Shown piece by piece: positions 29,467-37,773 of a DNA stretch of 64,000 bases. The first letter of the stretch is position 1. Each line of letters starts with the position of its first letter. Source of the stretch: a virus; the IMG/VR virus record IMGVR_UViG_3300020424_000003, positions 16,676 to 80,675 of that record, one strand, 5' to 3'. The notes beneath the pieces are model-generated. The model did no database searches. It was given only the letters and a program-made list of their open reading frames with translations, and was not told the origin of the DNA. The translations under genes and the position numbers were made by a program.

Positions 29467-31005
29467 TTAGGCTCCTTGTGCGTAACTTGTAGCCATTCTA
29501 TCGATTTCGTCATCGCTAGGCTCTCTTCTATCATCATCGTCGTCATCATCTGCAGATGGTTCAGGATCTTTTACAGAACCAATAGCAGGATCAGGCATCT
29601 TTTGTCCAACTGCCATTGCTTGTTTGATAGTTTTCACATCAAGCTCACTTACTTTTTGTAAGTCGCCAAAGCTAGTTGGTCCGCCTGGTGTGCCGAAACG
29701 TGTCAATGCATCACCTAACTTCGATAATTTATTTCCTAGTGCGATAGCTTCATCGTCTTTGTTCATCTTCATGCCCATGTCCATTATGACTCTACCAATC
29801 TTTGCCATTTTGTTTTCTTGTGATTGGCCTCCTGTCATTCTTGGATCTTCAGGAATAAATTCATTCGCTTTCATGTTTGCTCCTTCCCTTTTGATTGCTC
29901 TATTAGCCGCACTAAATCCAGCACGATTAACAAATTTTAAATCTCCACCTTGTCGTGACATAACATAACCTTCGCCACCTGGAGTATCACCTATTGATGC
30001 TTTGACATCAGTTGACTGTGCGTCAAGCTGTTTGATAATGTTATCCTTAACATTCATTATGCCGGATACCACTTGCCATAAAGCACCAAAGGCTTTCATG
30101 TTTTCATTTATGTAGTTGATTATTTTTTCTTGTTTAGGTTTACTGACAACACTACTTTGTAACCAACGTACAAAATCTCTGCCTAAATTGTTTAAGCCTG
30201 TATCTACCTTGCTGTTTGTATAACTGTAAAGTATGTTTGAAAAGTCTGAGACTTTCATTTGTTTTAATTTATTTTTGTCCAATAAAGAATCTAATGCACT
30301 TGCGTTTGCATTAATGGTTGCACTTAATTTGTTTATGCCACTCATATCTATTTTTGGTGGCTGTTGTACAGTGACAGGAGGCAACACTAATAATTTGTTA
30401 CCTTGAAATATATCATAATCTGTTAAAGGCTTTTCAGTTCCATCAGGGTCAACTATTCTATGAATCACTACCCCAGCATCCGATTGGGCAATTCGTTTTC
30501 CTATGTCACTGTCAGCTTGTACCGAATAGGAAACCAATTGCGGTTTAAAATTAAATGTGCCATTTTTTTCTTCGGGCCTGTTAAAATATAACAAGTCGCC
30601 TTTGAAGTAGCCTCTATAATCTTCAGGTATTGCCTTTTCAAACACAGGAAAAACATTTTTCATATTATTTGCAAATGCCTTGTAACTGTCTGGCTTCTCG
30701 CCACCTTTACCTCTGCCTAATAACATTTTCTCAACGTCATCTCCTGATTTACTTTTTCCATCATAACCTTTTGCAACAAAGCCTGACTTGTCAGTGAAAA
30801 TAAAATCACCCTTGTCATCTCTGCCAAATATCACTGCTGGACTTCCGTCCCATTTAATTGTTGTGGATTGTGTGTCACCTGCCGCCAAGTCTTTGAAAGC
30901 TTCTAAAACTCTGATAGCACCTTTACTACCTTCAAAGAAGATTACATCTTCTGCATGGTCAATACGAGCACCTTCATTTACTATTTTAAATTCTTCAAAT
31001 TTCAT
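29467..31005 (-). CDS. KxDG-motif (ligase/capping-enzyme-like) protein with internal in-frame start at 29874
   Basis: TIKWDGSPAV, FKGDLLY, GEGYV, LKFVNR resemble covalent nucleotidyltransferase motifs I, III, IV and V. Confidence 0.6.
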   Translation of the reverse strand: MKFEEFKIVNEGARIDHAEDVIFFEGSKGAIRVLEAFKDLAAGDTQSTTIKWDGSPAVIFGRDDKGDFIFTDKSGFVAKGYDGKSKSGDDVEKMLLGRGKGGEKPDSYKAFANNMKNVFPVFEKAIPEDYRGYFKGDLLYFNRPEEKNGTFNFKPQLVSYSVQADSDIGKRIAQSDAGVVIHRIVDPDGTEKPLTDYDIFQGNKLLVLPPVTVQQPPKIDMSGINKLSATINANASALDSLLDKNKLKQMKVSDFSNILYSYTNSKVDTGLNNLGRDFVRWLQSSVVSKPKQEKIINYINENMKAFGALWQVVSGIMNVKDNIIKQLDAQSTDVKASIGDTPGGEGYVMSRQGGDLKFVNRAGFSAANRAIKREGANMKANEFIPEDPRMTGGQSQENKMAKIGRVIMDMGMKMNKDDEAIALGNKLSKLGDALTRFGTPGGPTSFGDLQKVSELDVKTIKQAMAVGQKMPDPAIGSVKDPEPSADDDDDDDRREPSDDEIDRMATSYAQGA

Positions 31006-31700
31006 TACGGTAACTTCAAGCCTTCTTTGTCAAAGTAATCCTTTGCGTCTTTAACTAGATTTTCATAGTTGGGATCTGTTTTAATTTTAGCATTGATAGT
31101 TTCAACACTTCTCATATCGTCAGCACTTGCTCCATCTCCTAGCAATACTTTTGCTACCTCATTTGGATCTTTGGTTACTGGCTCGTTAGTGATTCTATCT
31201 ACCAACCCATTTGTTGGTGACCATTTGTAACCCTGTGCTTTTGCAACAGAGGCAATCATGATCATTCTGTGTTGTCCTTTGAATTCACTATCTGCCGCAC
31301 CACGCAAGGCAAACTTCATAAACTTGGGATCACCAAACATAAGATCAGTTTGTACAAATCCGTTCTTGGCATCACCTTTGATTGGAGTCTTAAAATGTAC
31401 ACTTACACCAGACTTGGCTATCCAAGATCTATCATCGTCCTTTGGAGCATTTGAATCTTTCCAGGCTTTAAGTTTTCCTACAAGAGCATCTTTGTTGACC
31501 TTCTCTTTGTCAACTGCAACATCTAAGTCACCACTGGTAGGTTTGATACCTGTGCTACCTAGCATGAAGTTTACATGATCAAGTCCTGTGATCTTCTCCA
31601 ACCATTTAAGTGTTGGCTCTACGTCAGCTTGGTTAATTCTCTGTGTTGCGTCCTGTCCGTCTGGTGTTTTGAATACGTTACCGCCTTCATTTAGTATCAT
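31005..31700 (-). CDS. Pol-beta-superfamily nucleotidyltransferase
   Basis: LGSTG...SGDLDVAV and a later VQTDLM acidic residue. Confidence 0.7.
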   Translation of the reverse strand: MILNEGGNVFKTPDGQDATQRINQADVEPTLKWLEKITGLDHVNFMLGSTGIKPTSGDLDVAVDKEKVNKDALVGKLKAWKDSNAPKDDDRSWIAKSGVSVHFKTPIKGDAKNGFVQTDLMFGDPKFMKFALRGAADSEFKGQHRMIMIASVAKAQGYKWSPTNGLVDRITNEPVTKDPNEVAKVLLGDGASADDMRSVETINAKIKTDPNYENLVKDAKDYFDKEGLKLP

Positions 31701-31959
31701 GGCCCTGATCCTTTTTGTCTTCAATTATCTTGTCAATTCCGCGTTTGAACTTTCTAGGATCGCCACTTCTGATACTGTTAATAAAACGTCTTTCCATTTC
31801 TTGTGCAACCTCAGGACTATATGATTCTGTAATACGATTCAACAGATTGATACTGCTTTCTATCAGATTATTACCTGTAGACTGTATTAAGGCATCGTTA
31901 TTGCTAGTTCTGTTGATAGAACTCAATTCCTGTAATATTGATCTAGTACGTTTTCTCAT
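31687..31959 (-). CDS. Hypothetical protein
   Basis: First gene after TAAATA near 31981. Confidence 0.7.
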   Translation of the reverse strand: MRKRTRSILQELSSINRTSNNDALIQSTGNNLIESSINLLNRITESYSPEVAQEMERRFINSIRSGDPRKFKRGIDKIIEDKKDQGHDTK

Positions 31960-32059
31960 GGCTTATATTCCCTATAACTGTATTTAGTGTTATCAAAATA
32001 AATATTTCGCCGTATTCGGTTGACAAAATTGCTAATACTATTATATACTAGTTGCAAAT

Positions 32060-32133
32060 GCGGGTGTCGTATAGTGGTAATACCTCAGCCTTCCAAGCTG
32101 ATGCTAGGAGTTCGATTCTCCTCACCCGCTCCA
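32060..32133 (+). tRNA. tRNA-Gly(TCC)
   Basis: Cloverleaf; loop CTTCCAA; CCA; TTGACA promoter at 32020. Confidence 0.95.
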
Positions 32134-32196
32134 TACCCAATTACATTTAAATTATATAAGCAGATAAATATACTTGAATAAGGAGATAGCAAGTAT

Positions 32197-32682
32197 ATGG
32201 GAAAATTTAATAGTAAAATTATGGCAGAGTTTAATCCACCAAGGAAGTGGGTGCTAGGTAGAGATCTATCCTACACCACATCTGATTTGTCTGTTGAAGA
32301 TATCAAGTCATTGCAGGCAGTTGGTGTTAAGGTTAAACGTGAAACTAACAAAACAGAAACTATCACGGTACCAAAAGGATTTGTTACAGATTTAGCATCA
32401 GTGCCAAGAGCTATGTGGGCCTTTATTGCTCCATTTGATGTAGCCAGAGCGGCAATAGTACACGATTTGCTATACAAAACAATTAGACAGTATCGCTGGA
32501 AGATGAAAGATAAAGAAGATAAGGAACTAGTCAAGAAAGCCAAGATAGCATCAGACAAAGTTTTCTTACTTGGTATGCACGATGCAGATCCTAAGATTCC
32601 AGGGTGGAAAAGTTATTCATCATGGAAGGCTGTTGACTTGTTTGGAAATGGTTCAATAGTTCCAAACAAAGACAACATCTAA
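32197..32682 (+). CDS. DUF1353-like protein
   Basis: ITVPKGFVTDLASVPR...AAIVHDLLY. Confidence 0.8.
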   Translation: MGKFNSKIMAEFNPPRKWVLGRDLSYTTSDLSVEDIKSLQAVGVKVKRETNKTETITVPKGFVTDLASVPRAMWAFIAPFDVARAAIVHDLLYKTIRQYRWKMKDKEDKELVKKAKIASDKVFLLGMHDADPKIPGWKSYSSWKAVDLFGNGSIVPNKDNI

Positions 32683-32683
32683 T

Positions 32684-32872
32684 TTACCAACGTAAAATAA
32701 AAAACTTATTCTTATCCCAATGTTCCTTGGTAAAGCAACCAAAGGCTTTGTGATTAGGTTGTAGTTCTCTTGCTATTTCTTTTCCCTTATCGCAGTCAGG
32801 CACTTGCCCAACTAACACTGGTTGTTCATAATTATATCCCAACCAAACAATTACCATAAATTTAGTCAACAT
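32684..32872 (-). CDS. Hypothetical protein
   Basis: Coupled small ORF. Confidence 0.5.
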   Translation of the reverse strand: MLTKFMVIVWLGYNYEQPVLVGQVPDCDKGKEIARELQPNHKAFGCFTKEHWDKNKFFILRW

Positions 32873-33031
32873 TGGCTTGTATGTGTAAAGGTTTTGCTAT
32901 TGGTTCAGGTGCTTCTACTTCTGAATGTTGCTCATTGTCTTCAAATGATTCAGCTACCCAATCATGTATTTCAACAAAGATGTTGTATGCCAACCATCCA
33001 AATAAAACTAATTCTAAACTATATAATTTCA

Positions 33032-33231
33032 TTATAGTAAACTCCCAGGTAAAGGTTCCTTCCATGTTCCATGTTTCTCATATTGTTTTTTGATGTTTCT
33101 CATGTTTGCTCCATGATGATTTTGCATTTCAAAAAACTTCTTGAGCATTTTATTATTAGGATCTAACCTTAGAACTTCACAGGTTAGAACTTCTTGAATA
33201 TGCCAGTCCATTGCTTGTTTAGTACTTTGCA
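33032..33231 (-). CDS. Hypothetical protein
   Basis: AAGGAG SD before MQSTKQ; start approximate. Confidence 0.55.
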
Positions 33232-33321
33232 TACCAACTCCTTTCAAAAAAAATGGAGCCTTCCCTAAGGTTGGCTCCTAGTTAAAATTATAATATACTA
33301 CAATATTATTATAATGTCAAC

Positions 33322-33399
33322 CTATTTTTCTGCACAGGCATATGAATTAATTTCTAATCCAACTGATACCTCTACGATTTGTGGTTTAGTCCATTGCAT
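33322..33399 (-). CDS. pqqA: PQQ precursor peptide PqqA (25 aa; not in ORF track)
   Basis: MQWTKPQIVEVSVGLEINSYACAEK: W-x-K-P start and invariant ExxxY; AGGAG SD. Confidence 0.9.
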   Translation of the reverse strand: MQWTKPQIVEVSVGLEINSYACAEK

Positions 33400-33516
33400 C
33401 GTACGTCTCCTAAATAAAGGTTACGTGCCGGTTGTCTACTGACCGCGGTCCACAGTAGAATTAATTCTACTAATAATATATAGCATATCCGATATGAACG
33501 TGCAATGAACAAATGA

Positions 33517-33765
33517 TTATGGCTTTAGCCATTTCTTAGATAGTTCGTACCAATACTGTCCACCTTCACGTAGAAGTTCATTGTCAGTACGTAACCTTTC
33601 AAGCCTACGAACTATTACATCGTGTTGGTATTGTGATATAACTTTATTCTTATTTTGATGTTTTTCTAAACGTGCTATTATATCGTCAATGATGGGGCAA
33701 GTTATGTCAGGCACCTTAGGTGACTTACGTTTTAATTTTAGCCAGTGTTTTTTCTCTAGTGCCAT
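33517..33765 (-). CDS. Hypothetical protein
   Basis: KVPDITCPIIDD...NELLREGGQYWY. Confidence 0.65.
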   Translation of the reverse strand: MALEKKHWLKLKRKSPKVPDITCPIIDDIIARLEKHQNKNKVISQYQHDVIVRRLERLRTDNELLREGGQYWYELSKKWLKP

Positions 33766-33815
33766 ATAAATTATTTAAATGTAACGACACTAGAGTTCTA
33801 AAGGTGTTTAAAAGA

Positions 33816-34775
33816 TTACCAACCGTTTGGAACGATTACGTAATGAATTGCTAAAACTACTCCTACTGATGCTCCTAATCCTACGATCATCTTAAAGAAG
33901 TCTCTTCCTATCAAAGGAAAAACAGTTTTAAACTTTTCCTTACCTGTGATAGTTGCCATAGCAAGTTCTCTACCACAAAGTAATCCTACGAATACCCAAG
34001 TGGTTGACATTGGCACATCATTAAGTTCTTTAAAGAAGAATAAGATCAACCAATACACAAAGTCAATGATAGTCGCTGACCTAACATATCTTGTATTGTG
34101 TTTCTCCAATACAATCTTTTGTATCTTACCTCCGCCTTCTCTAAACATAAAGCCAAGTCCTGCTATGAATACAGTTGATATGATTATCATTAGTTCCCAG
34201 GGTATCTGTCTTGGTAGGAACACGGCAATATTTGCCATGTCATGACTTAACCAAGTAAACCAAAGGAAGCCTGTTGTAACCCATTGACCTATACGCCAAT
34301 AAAGTTTATGTTCTTCCTTGACTGGTTTTGCTTCGTCAAGTATTTTGCTAACAACAATCCAAATACAATATGCCGCCACAGCCGCGACTGCATATCCCAT
34401 CATAGATTTCATTAACATTTTCTCTAATACAAACGTACTAGCAAATGCACTTAACACTAGGAACGAAGTACTAACTGGTACTCCTATCCTTGTCAACACT
34501 AATAGTAGTGCTGGTGCCATTGCATGATACCATTGTATCTCTTGAAAAGGTATCCTGTTCAATCGACCATAACTGATGTCTCCACCATTTGTGGTCCACC
34601 CATACCATAGGGTGTATAGCAGAACTGCCGAAGCGGCTCCCCACATGATCTTCCAGTTTACTTTTTCGTTATTTGATGCGATCCAAGTACCAAGAGTCTG
34701 TACTGAATCGTTTGCTATAACGGCATAGCCGGCAAATAAAAAGCCAACTGCCATCCATAGAGTGACTGCATCCAT
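33816..34775 (-). CDS. PiT-like inorganic phosphate transporter
   Basis: Multi-TM protein with duplicated signature-like motifs IANDSVQTLGT/PVSTS and SHDMAN/PMSTT. Confidence 0.7.
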   Translation of the reverse strand: MDAVTLWMAVGFLFAGYAVIANDSVQTLGTWIASNNEKVNWKIMWGAASAVLLYTLWYGWTTNGGDISYGRLNRIPFQEIQWYHAMAPALLLVLTRIGVPVSTSFLVLSAFASTFVLEKMLMKSMMGYAVAAVAAYCIWIVVSKILDEAKPVKEEHKLYWRIGQWVTTGFLWFTWLSHDMANIAVFLPRQIPWELMIIISTVFIAGLGFMFREGGGKIQKIVLEKHNTRYVRSATIIDFVYWLILFFFKELNDVPMSTTWVFVGLLCGRELAMATITGKEKFKTVFPLIGRDFFKMIVGLGASVGVVLAIHYVIVPNGW

Positions 34776-34902
34776 TTTTTATCTCCTTTCAGTGTCCGCT
34801 TTTACCACGTAACACCAGTAAAGTGAGAGCAGGCTCGATAGCCTTGCCTGCCCGGTATTATAATTAATACACTCTTATTTACAAAATGTCAAGACAAGTT
34901 TT

Positions 34903-34920
34903 GTTACAGTTTGATTACAA
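34903..34920 (-). promoter_or_regulatory. Pho box (PhoB site)
   Basis: TTGTAATCAAACTGTAAC, 11-bp-period direct repeat just upstream of TTGACA (34887-34892). Confidence 0.65.
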
Positions 34921-35004
34921 AGCATTTATAACAAAACAGCAAGACACCCATGCAAAAAAAATACGTCATTTAAGAGGAGAGTTTTGTGCGTATTTTATAA
35001 ATAC

Positions 35005-35165
35005 GAATGTCGACGCAAAGACTTCTCAAGTTTTTCCGATGACACACATACACACTGGGATTGACCAGGGAGTTGAGAGCACTCCTTAAATAGCAAATGA
35101 CGGTAGCAAAGACTACTGACGCCTAGAAAAGACTAGGGGTATTGCTTTCCTTAAGCATCCAAAAC
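35005..35165 (+). ncRNA. Structured leader or ncRNA with repeated AAAGA-loop hairpins
   Basis: Follows TATAAATA (34996-35003); five to six consecutive short hairpins. Confidence 0.5.
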
Positions 35166-35178
35166 ATAGGAGAAAATA

Positions 35179-35379
35179 ATGACACACTTTTGGAGTGGTC
35201 TTGTGTCTTGGATGAATCGCGGGTCAGGTGCTTACACAGACCGACGCCGTGCTGAGTTTGAGATATGGGCCAAAACTGAATACAAAGATGATTGGCAGTA
35301 TGCGTATAATCATATGCTGAATCACAATGGTACACCGCCAAAAACACAGTATAATCCACTGAAGAAGGAGGCGGCCTAA
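35179..35379 (+). CDS. Small hypothetical protein
   Basis: AGGAG SD; IWAKTEYKDDWQYAY. Confidence 0.7.
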   Translation: MTHFWSGLVSWMNRGSGAYTDRRRAEFEIWAKTEYKDDWQYAYNHMLNHNGTPPKTQYNPLKKEAA

Positions 35380-35568
35380 ATGCAACTTCTTAAAAAGATT
35401 TTATCAAAACTTAATACATTCATGTTTAACGATCAACGTAGATGGGAAGAAGATTATCTGTCTCAGTCTGTCGATCATGTTGATCTCGAGCGCCGTATTA
35501 AACAACTCGACCGCGGCACGGTCGAGGTTGGGCCTTTTGGTTCAAGAGTCAAAGCGAGTAGATATTAG
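35380..35568 (+). CDS. DUF3563-like small protein
   Basis: EEDYLSQSVDHVDLERRIKQL. Confidence 0.65.
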   Translation: MQLLKKILSKLNTFMFNDQRRWEEDYLSQSVDHVDLERRIKQLDRGTVEVGPFGSRVKASRY

Positions 35569-35583
35569 GAAAGGATCAGAACA

Positions 35584-35844
35584 ATGCTTATTATTAAACG
35601 TTTATTAAACTGGTGTGAGATTGTGGGCTATGCGAAAGCATCAGCAGAACTATCACGTCAGGGCTTTCATGCTGAAGCAAAGGCTTTGATGCTGGAGAAG
35701 ACAAAACTTCAAGGCAGAAAAGAAAGAGCTCTAGTAAGATTAGAAGCCAAAAAAAAATTTAAAGCAGGGTATGATCCTGCCAATCACTACATGAGAGGCA
35801 AGTCCGTTGCAACCTGGAGTGGCAAGAAAGGTATGGTAGCTTAA
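35584..35844 (+). CDS. Small hypothetical protein
   Basis: GYAKASAELSRQGF; SD present. Confidence 0.65.
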   Translation: MLIIKRLLNWCEIVGYAKASAELSRQGFHAEAKALMLEKTKLQGRKERALVRLEAKKKFKAGYDPANHYMRGKSVATWSGKKGMVA

Positions 35845-35845
35845 G

Positions 35846-35899
35846 ATGTGGCCATATACTAACGAAGAAAACGATTATCTATCAGGTAGGAAAAAATAA
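35846..35899 (+). CDS. Possible 17-aa micropeptide MWPYTNEENDYLSGRKK
   Basis: ATG 1 nt after the previous stop; ends just before the terminator. Confidence 0.4.
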   Translation: MWPYTNEENDYLSGRKK

Positions 35900-35905
35900 T
35901 TGAAA

Positions 35906-35938
35906 CTAGGGCGATGGAAACACCGCCCTATTTTTTTG
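35906..35938 (+). terminator. Rho-independent terminator
   Basis: TAGGGCG...CGCCCTA followed by a T-tract. Confidence 0.8.
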
Positions 35939-35944
35939 GTTAAT

Positions 35945-36055
35945 TTATTTTGCTTCAATTGGTGCAGGTTGCCCTGTGTACCACCAATAGCCGGCCGCAA
36001 TAATAATGACTGCTATTGCGATCCATAGTTTTTTGTTTTTAAAAAACTTCTTCAT
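35945..36055 (-). CDS. 36-aa single-TM protein
   Basis: MKKFFKNKKLWIAIAVIIIAAGYWWY; AAGGAG SD. Confidence 0.6.
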   Translation of the reverse strand: MKKFFKNKKLWIAIAVIIIAAGYWWYTGQPAPIEAK

Positions 36056-36249
36056 AGGAAATCTCCTTCTGTCAATCCAACTCGTGTAGTTGGTGTAATA
36101 TTTAAATACCTAATCTGTCCAATTATATTAGCATATATGGTTGTAGGCACCGTTTTTGGCTATGTAAATCATTGATTTTACTAAATAAAAGTGCTATTAT
36201 ATAAAATAGCGTCATAAACACACACAACAGACACACAAAGGAGTAAATT

Positions 36250-36528
36250 ATGACAAACACAAAAGACGGGGCTTTCAAGGCCCAATTCAATAAGAACGGT
36301 TACGAAATTAGAACAGACGTATTAGAAATGGCTAAAGGATTCACAGAGTTTGAATTTTCAAACAAGTGGATGGGTTGGGAACAAACAACTAAACGTGATA
36401 AAGAAACAGGACAACTGATCTTGGACGTTAAGATGCCAACTGTACCAGGAATAGACGAAGTTCTAAAGAACGCAGAAAGGTTCTACGAGTTCGTAAACGG
36501 AACTTCCAAACAAGAAACAAAAGAATAA
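36250..36528 (+). CDS. Conserved phage hypothetical protein
   Basis: NKNGYEIRTDVLEMAK...AERFYEFV; CA-rich leader and AAGGAG SD. Confidence 0.75.
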   Translation: MTNTKDGAFKAQFNKNGYEIRTDVLEMAKGFTEFEFSNKWMGWEQTTKRDKETGQLILDVKMPTVPGIDEVLKNAERFYEFVNGTSKQETKE

Positions 36529-36826
36529 TATGAAATAACACAATGACTAAAACAATGAGTGCATAGCACCCAGTATAACGCAATATACATAGAGAGCGGG
36601 AGCCCGGGTATTTTACATAGTGTACGTGACATCATTATGTTTAGCCCGGGCTTTAAAGTCTAATAAGTATCTACAATGAAAGACCTTAGAGAAATTAATT
36701 CCAATCTAAACAACAATTATCCAAAATTGTTAGAAGCAGTCAGTTCCAATATACCAGAAAAGAAAAAGATAGCAATAGTTTATAAGTTTATAGAATCATT
36801 AGAAGATCTAGCAGAGGCACTAGACA

Positions 36827-37627
36827 ATGACAAGTAAACTTACACAAAAACAACAAGACGAATTGTTTGCAACCTTGCAATCAGCAACAAAGAAAACACA
36901 AGACATCAGAGCTGAAAAAACAAAATTAAACAATCCTGCAATAAACCTTTCAAACGATGAACTGTTTAACGATCATGTCAAGTGGCTTGATTGGAAACCG
37001 TTACAAAATCATGGCCTATATGATTCTAGTATTACACTTAACAAAGAAGACATGGACTGGCCAATGCAAATCAAAGCATACCTTAACCTATTGAAAGATG
37101 TGGATATAGAAAACAAAACCATTGCTGATGTAGGTTGTGGGTGGGGTCGTGGTGTTGATACAATAGCAAAATATCTAAATGCAGATATCACTGGCATAGA
37201 CAACAACAGATATTATATACAATATGCAAATGCTCATTATCCAAACAATAAGTTTATTTGTAAGGACAAGGTTGAAAATGATTATGACATAGTCATCAGC
37301 AACTGTTCTGCTCATTTGCTCATGGAAGGTGACTTCTTTTACAGAAGATATAGGACAGTGATACTTACTGACTTCTTTACTAGAACGTCAATTAATGAAT
37401 TCAAAGACAGAGTACTAGCCAATGGCTTCTGTAAAATAGTTAACGAAGTTGACTTATCTGAACAAACAATTCAAGCAATGATGTATGACATAGACACAAT
37501 AGACAAACGTTTCCCACATATTAGTCAACATTCAAGGAACATATTCAAAGACATTGCCATAAGTAGACTGCATCTATTTAGAATGGGTGCAAATAGGCAA
37601 TATAAATACACTATACAATATGATTAA
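36827..37627 (+). CDS. Class I SAM-dependent methyltransferase
   Basis: IADVGCGWGRG...ITGID. Confidence 0.8.
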   Translation: MTSKLTQKQQDELFATLQSATKKTQDIRAEKTKLNNPAINLSNDELFNDHVKWLDWKPLQNHGLYDSSITLNKEDMDWPMQIKAYLNLLKDVDIENKTIADVGCGWGRGVDTIAKYLNADITGIDNNRYYIQYANAHYPNNKFICKDKVENDYDIVISNCSAHLLMEGDFFYRRYRTVILTDFFTRTSINEFKDRVLANGFCKIVNEVDLSEQTIQAMMYDIDTIDKRFPHISQHSRNIFKDIAISRLHLFRMGANRQYKYTIQYD

Positions 37628-37773
37628 ATGGATAAAGAACTTTATTAAGGATTGCGTCAAAATAGAAAAAGAAGTCCGAGACGCCGGATATATCTATCAT
37701 TATGCTCCAGGATACAATGAAGTCATAGTTCAAAAGGTGCAAAAAACAGCCAAACCCAAGGTAAATAAAAAAT

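Noticed and set aside
35749-35757. Third A9 run in a CDS
   Set aside because: No CTC context, and the -1 frame stops immediately
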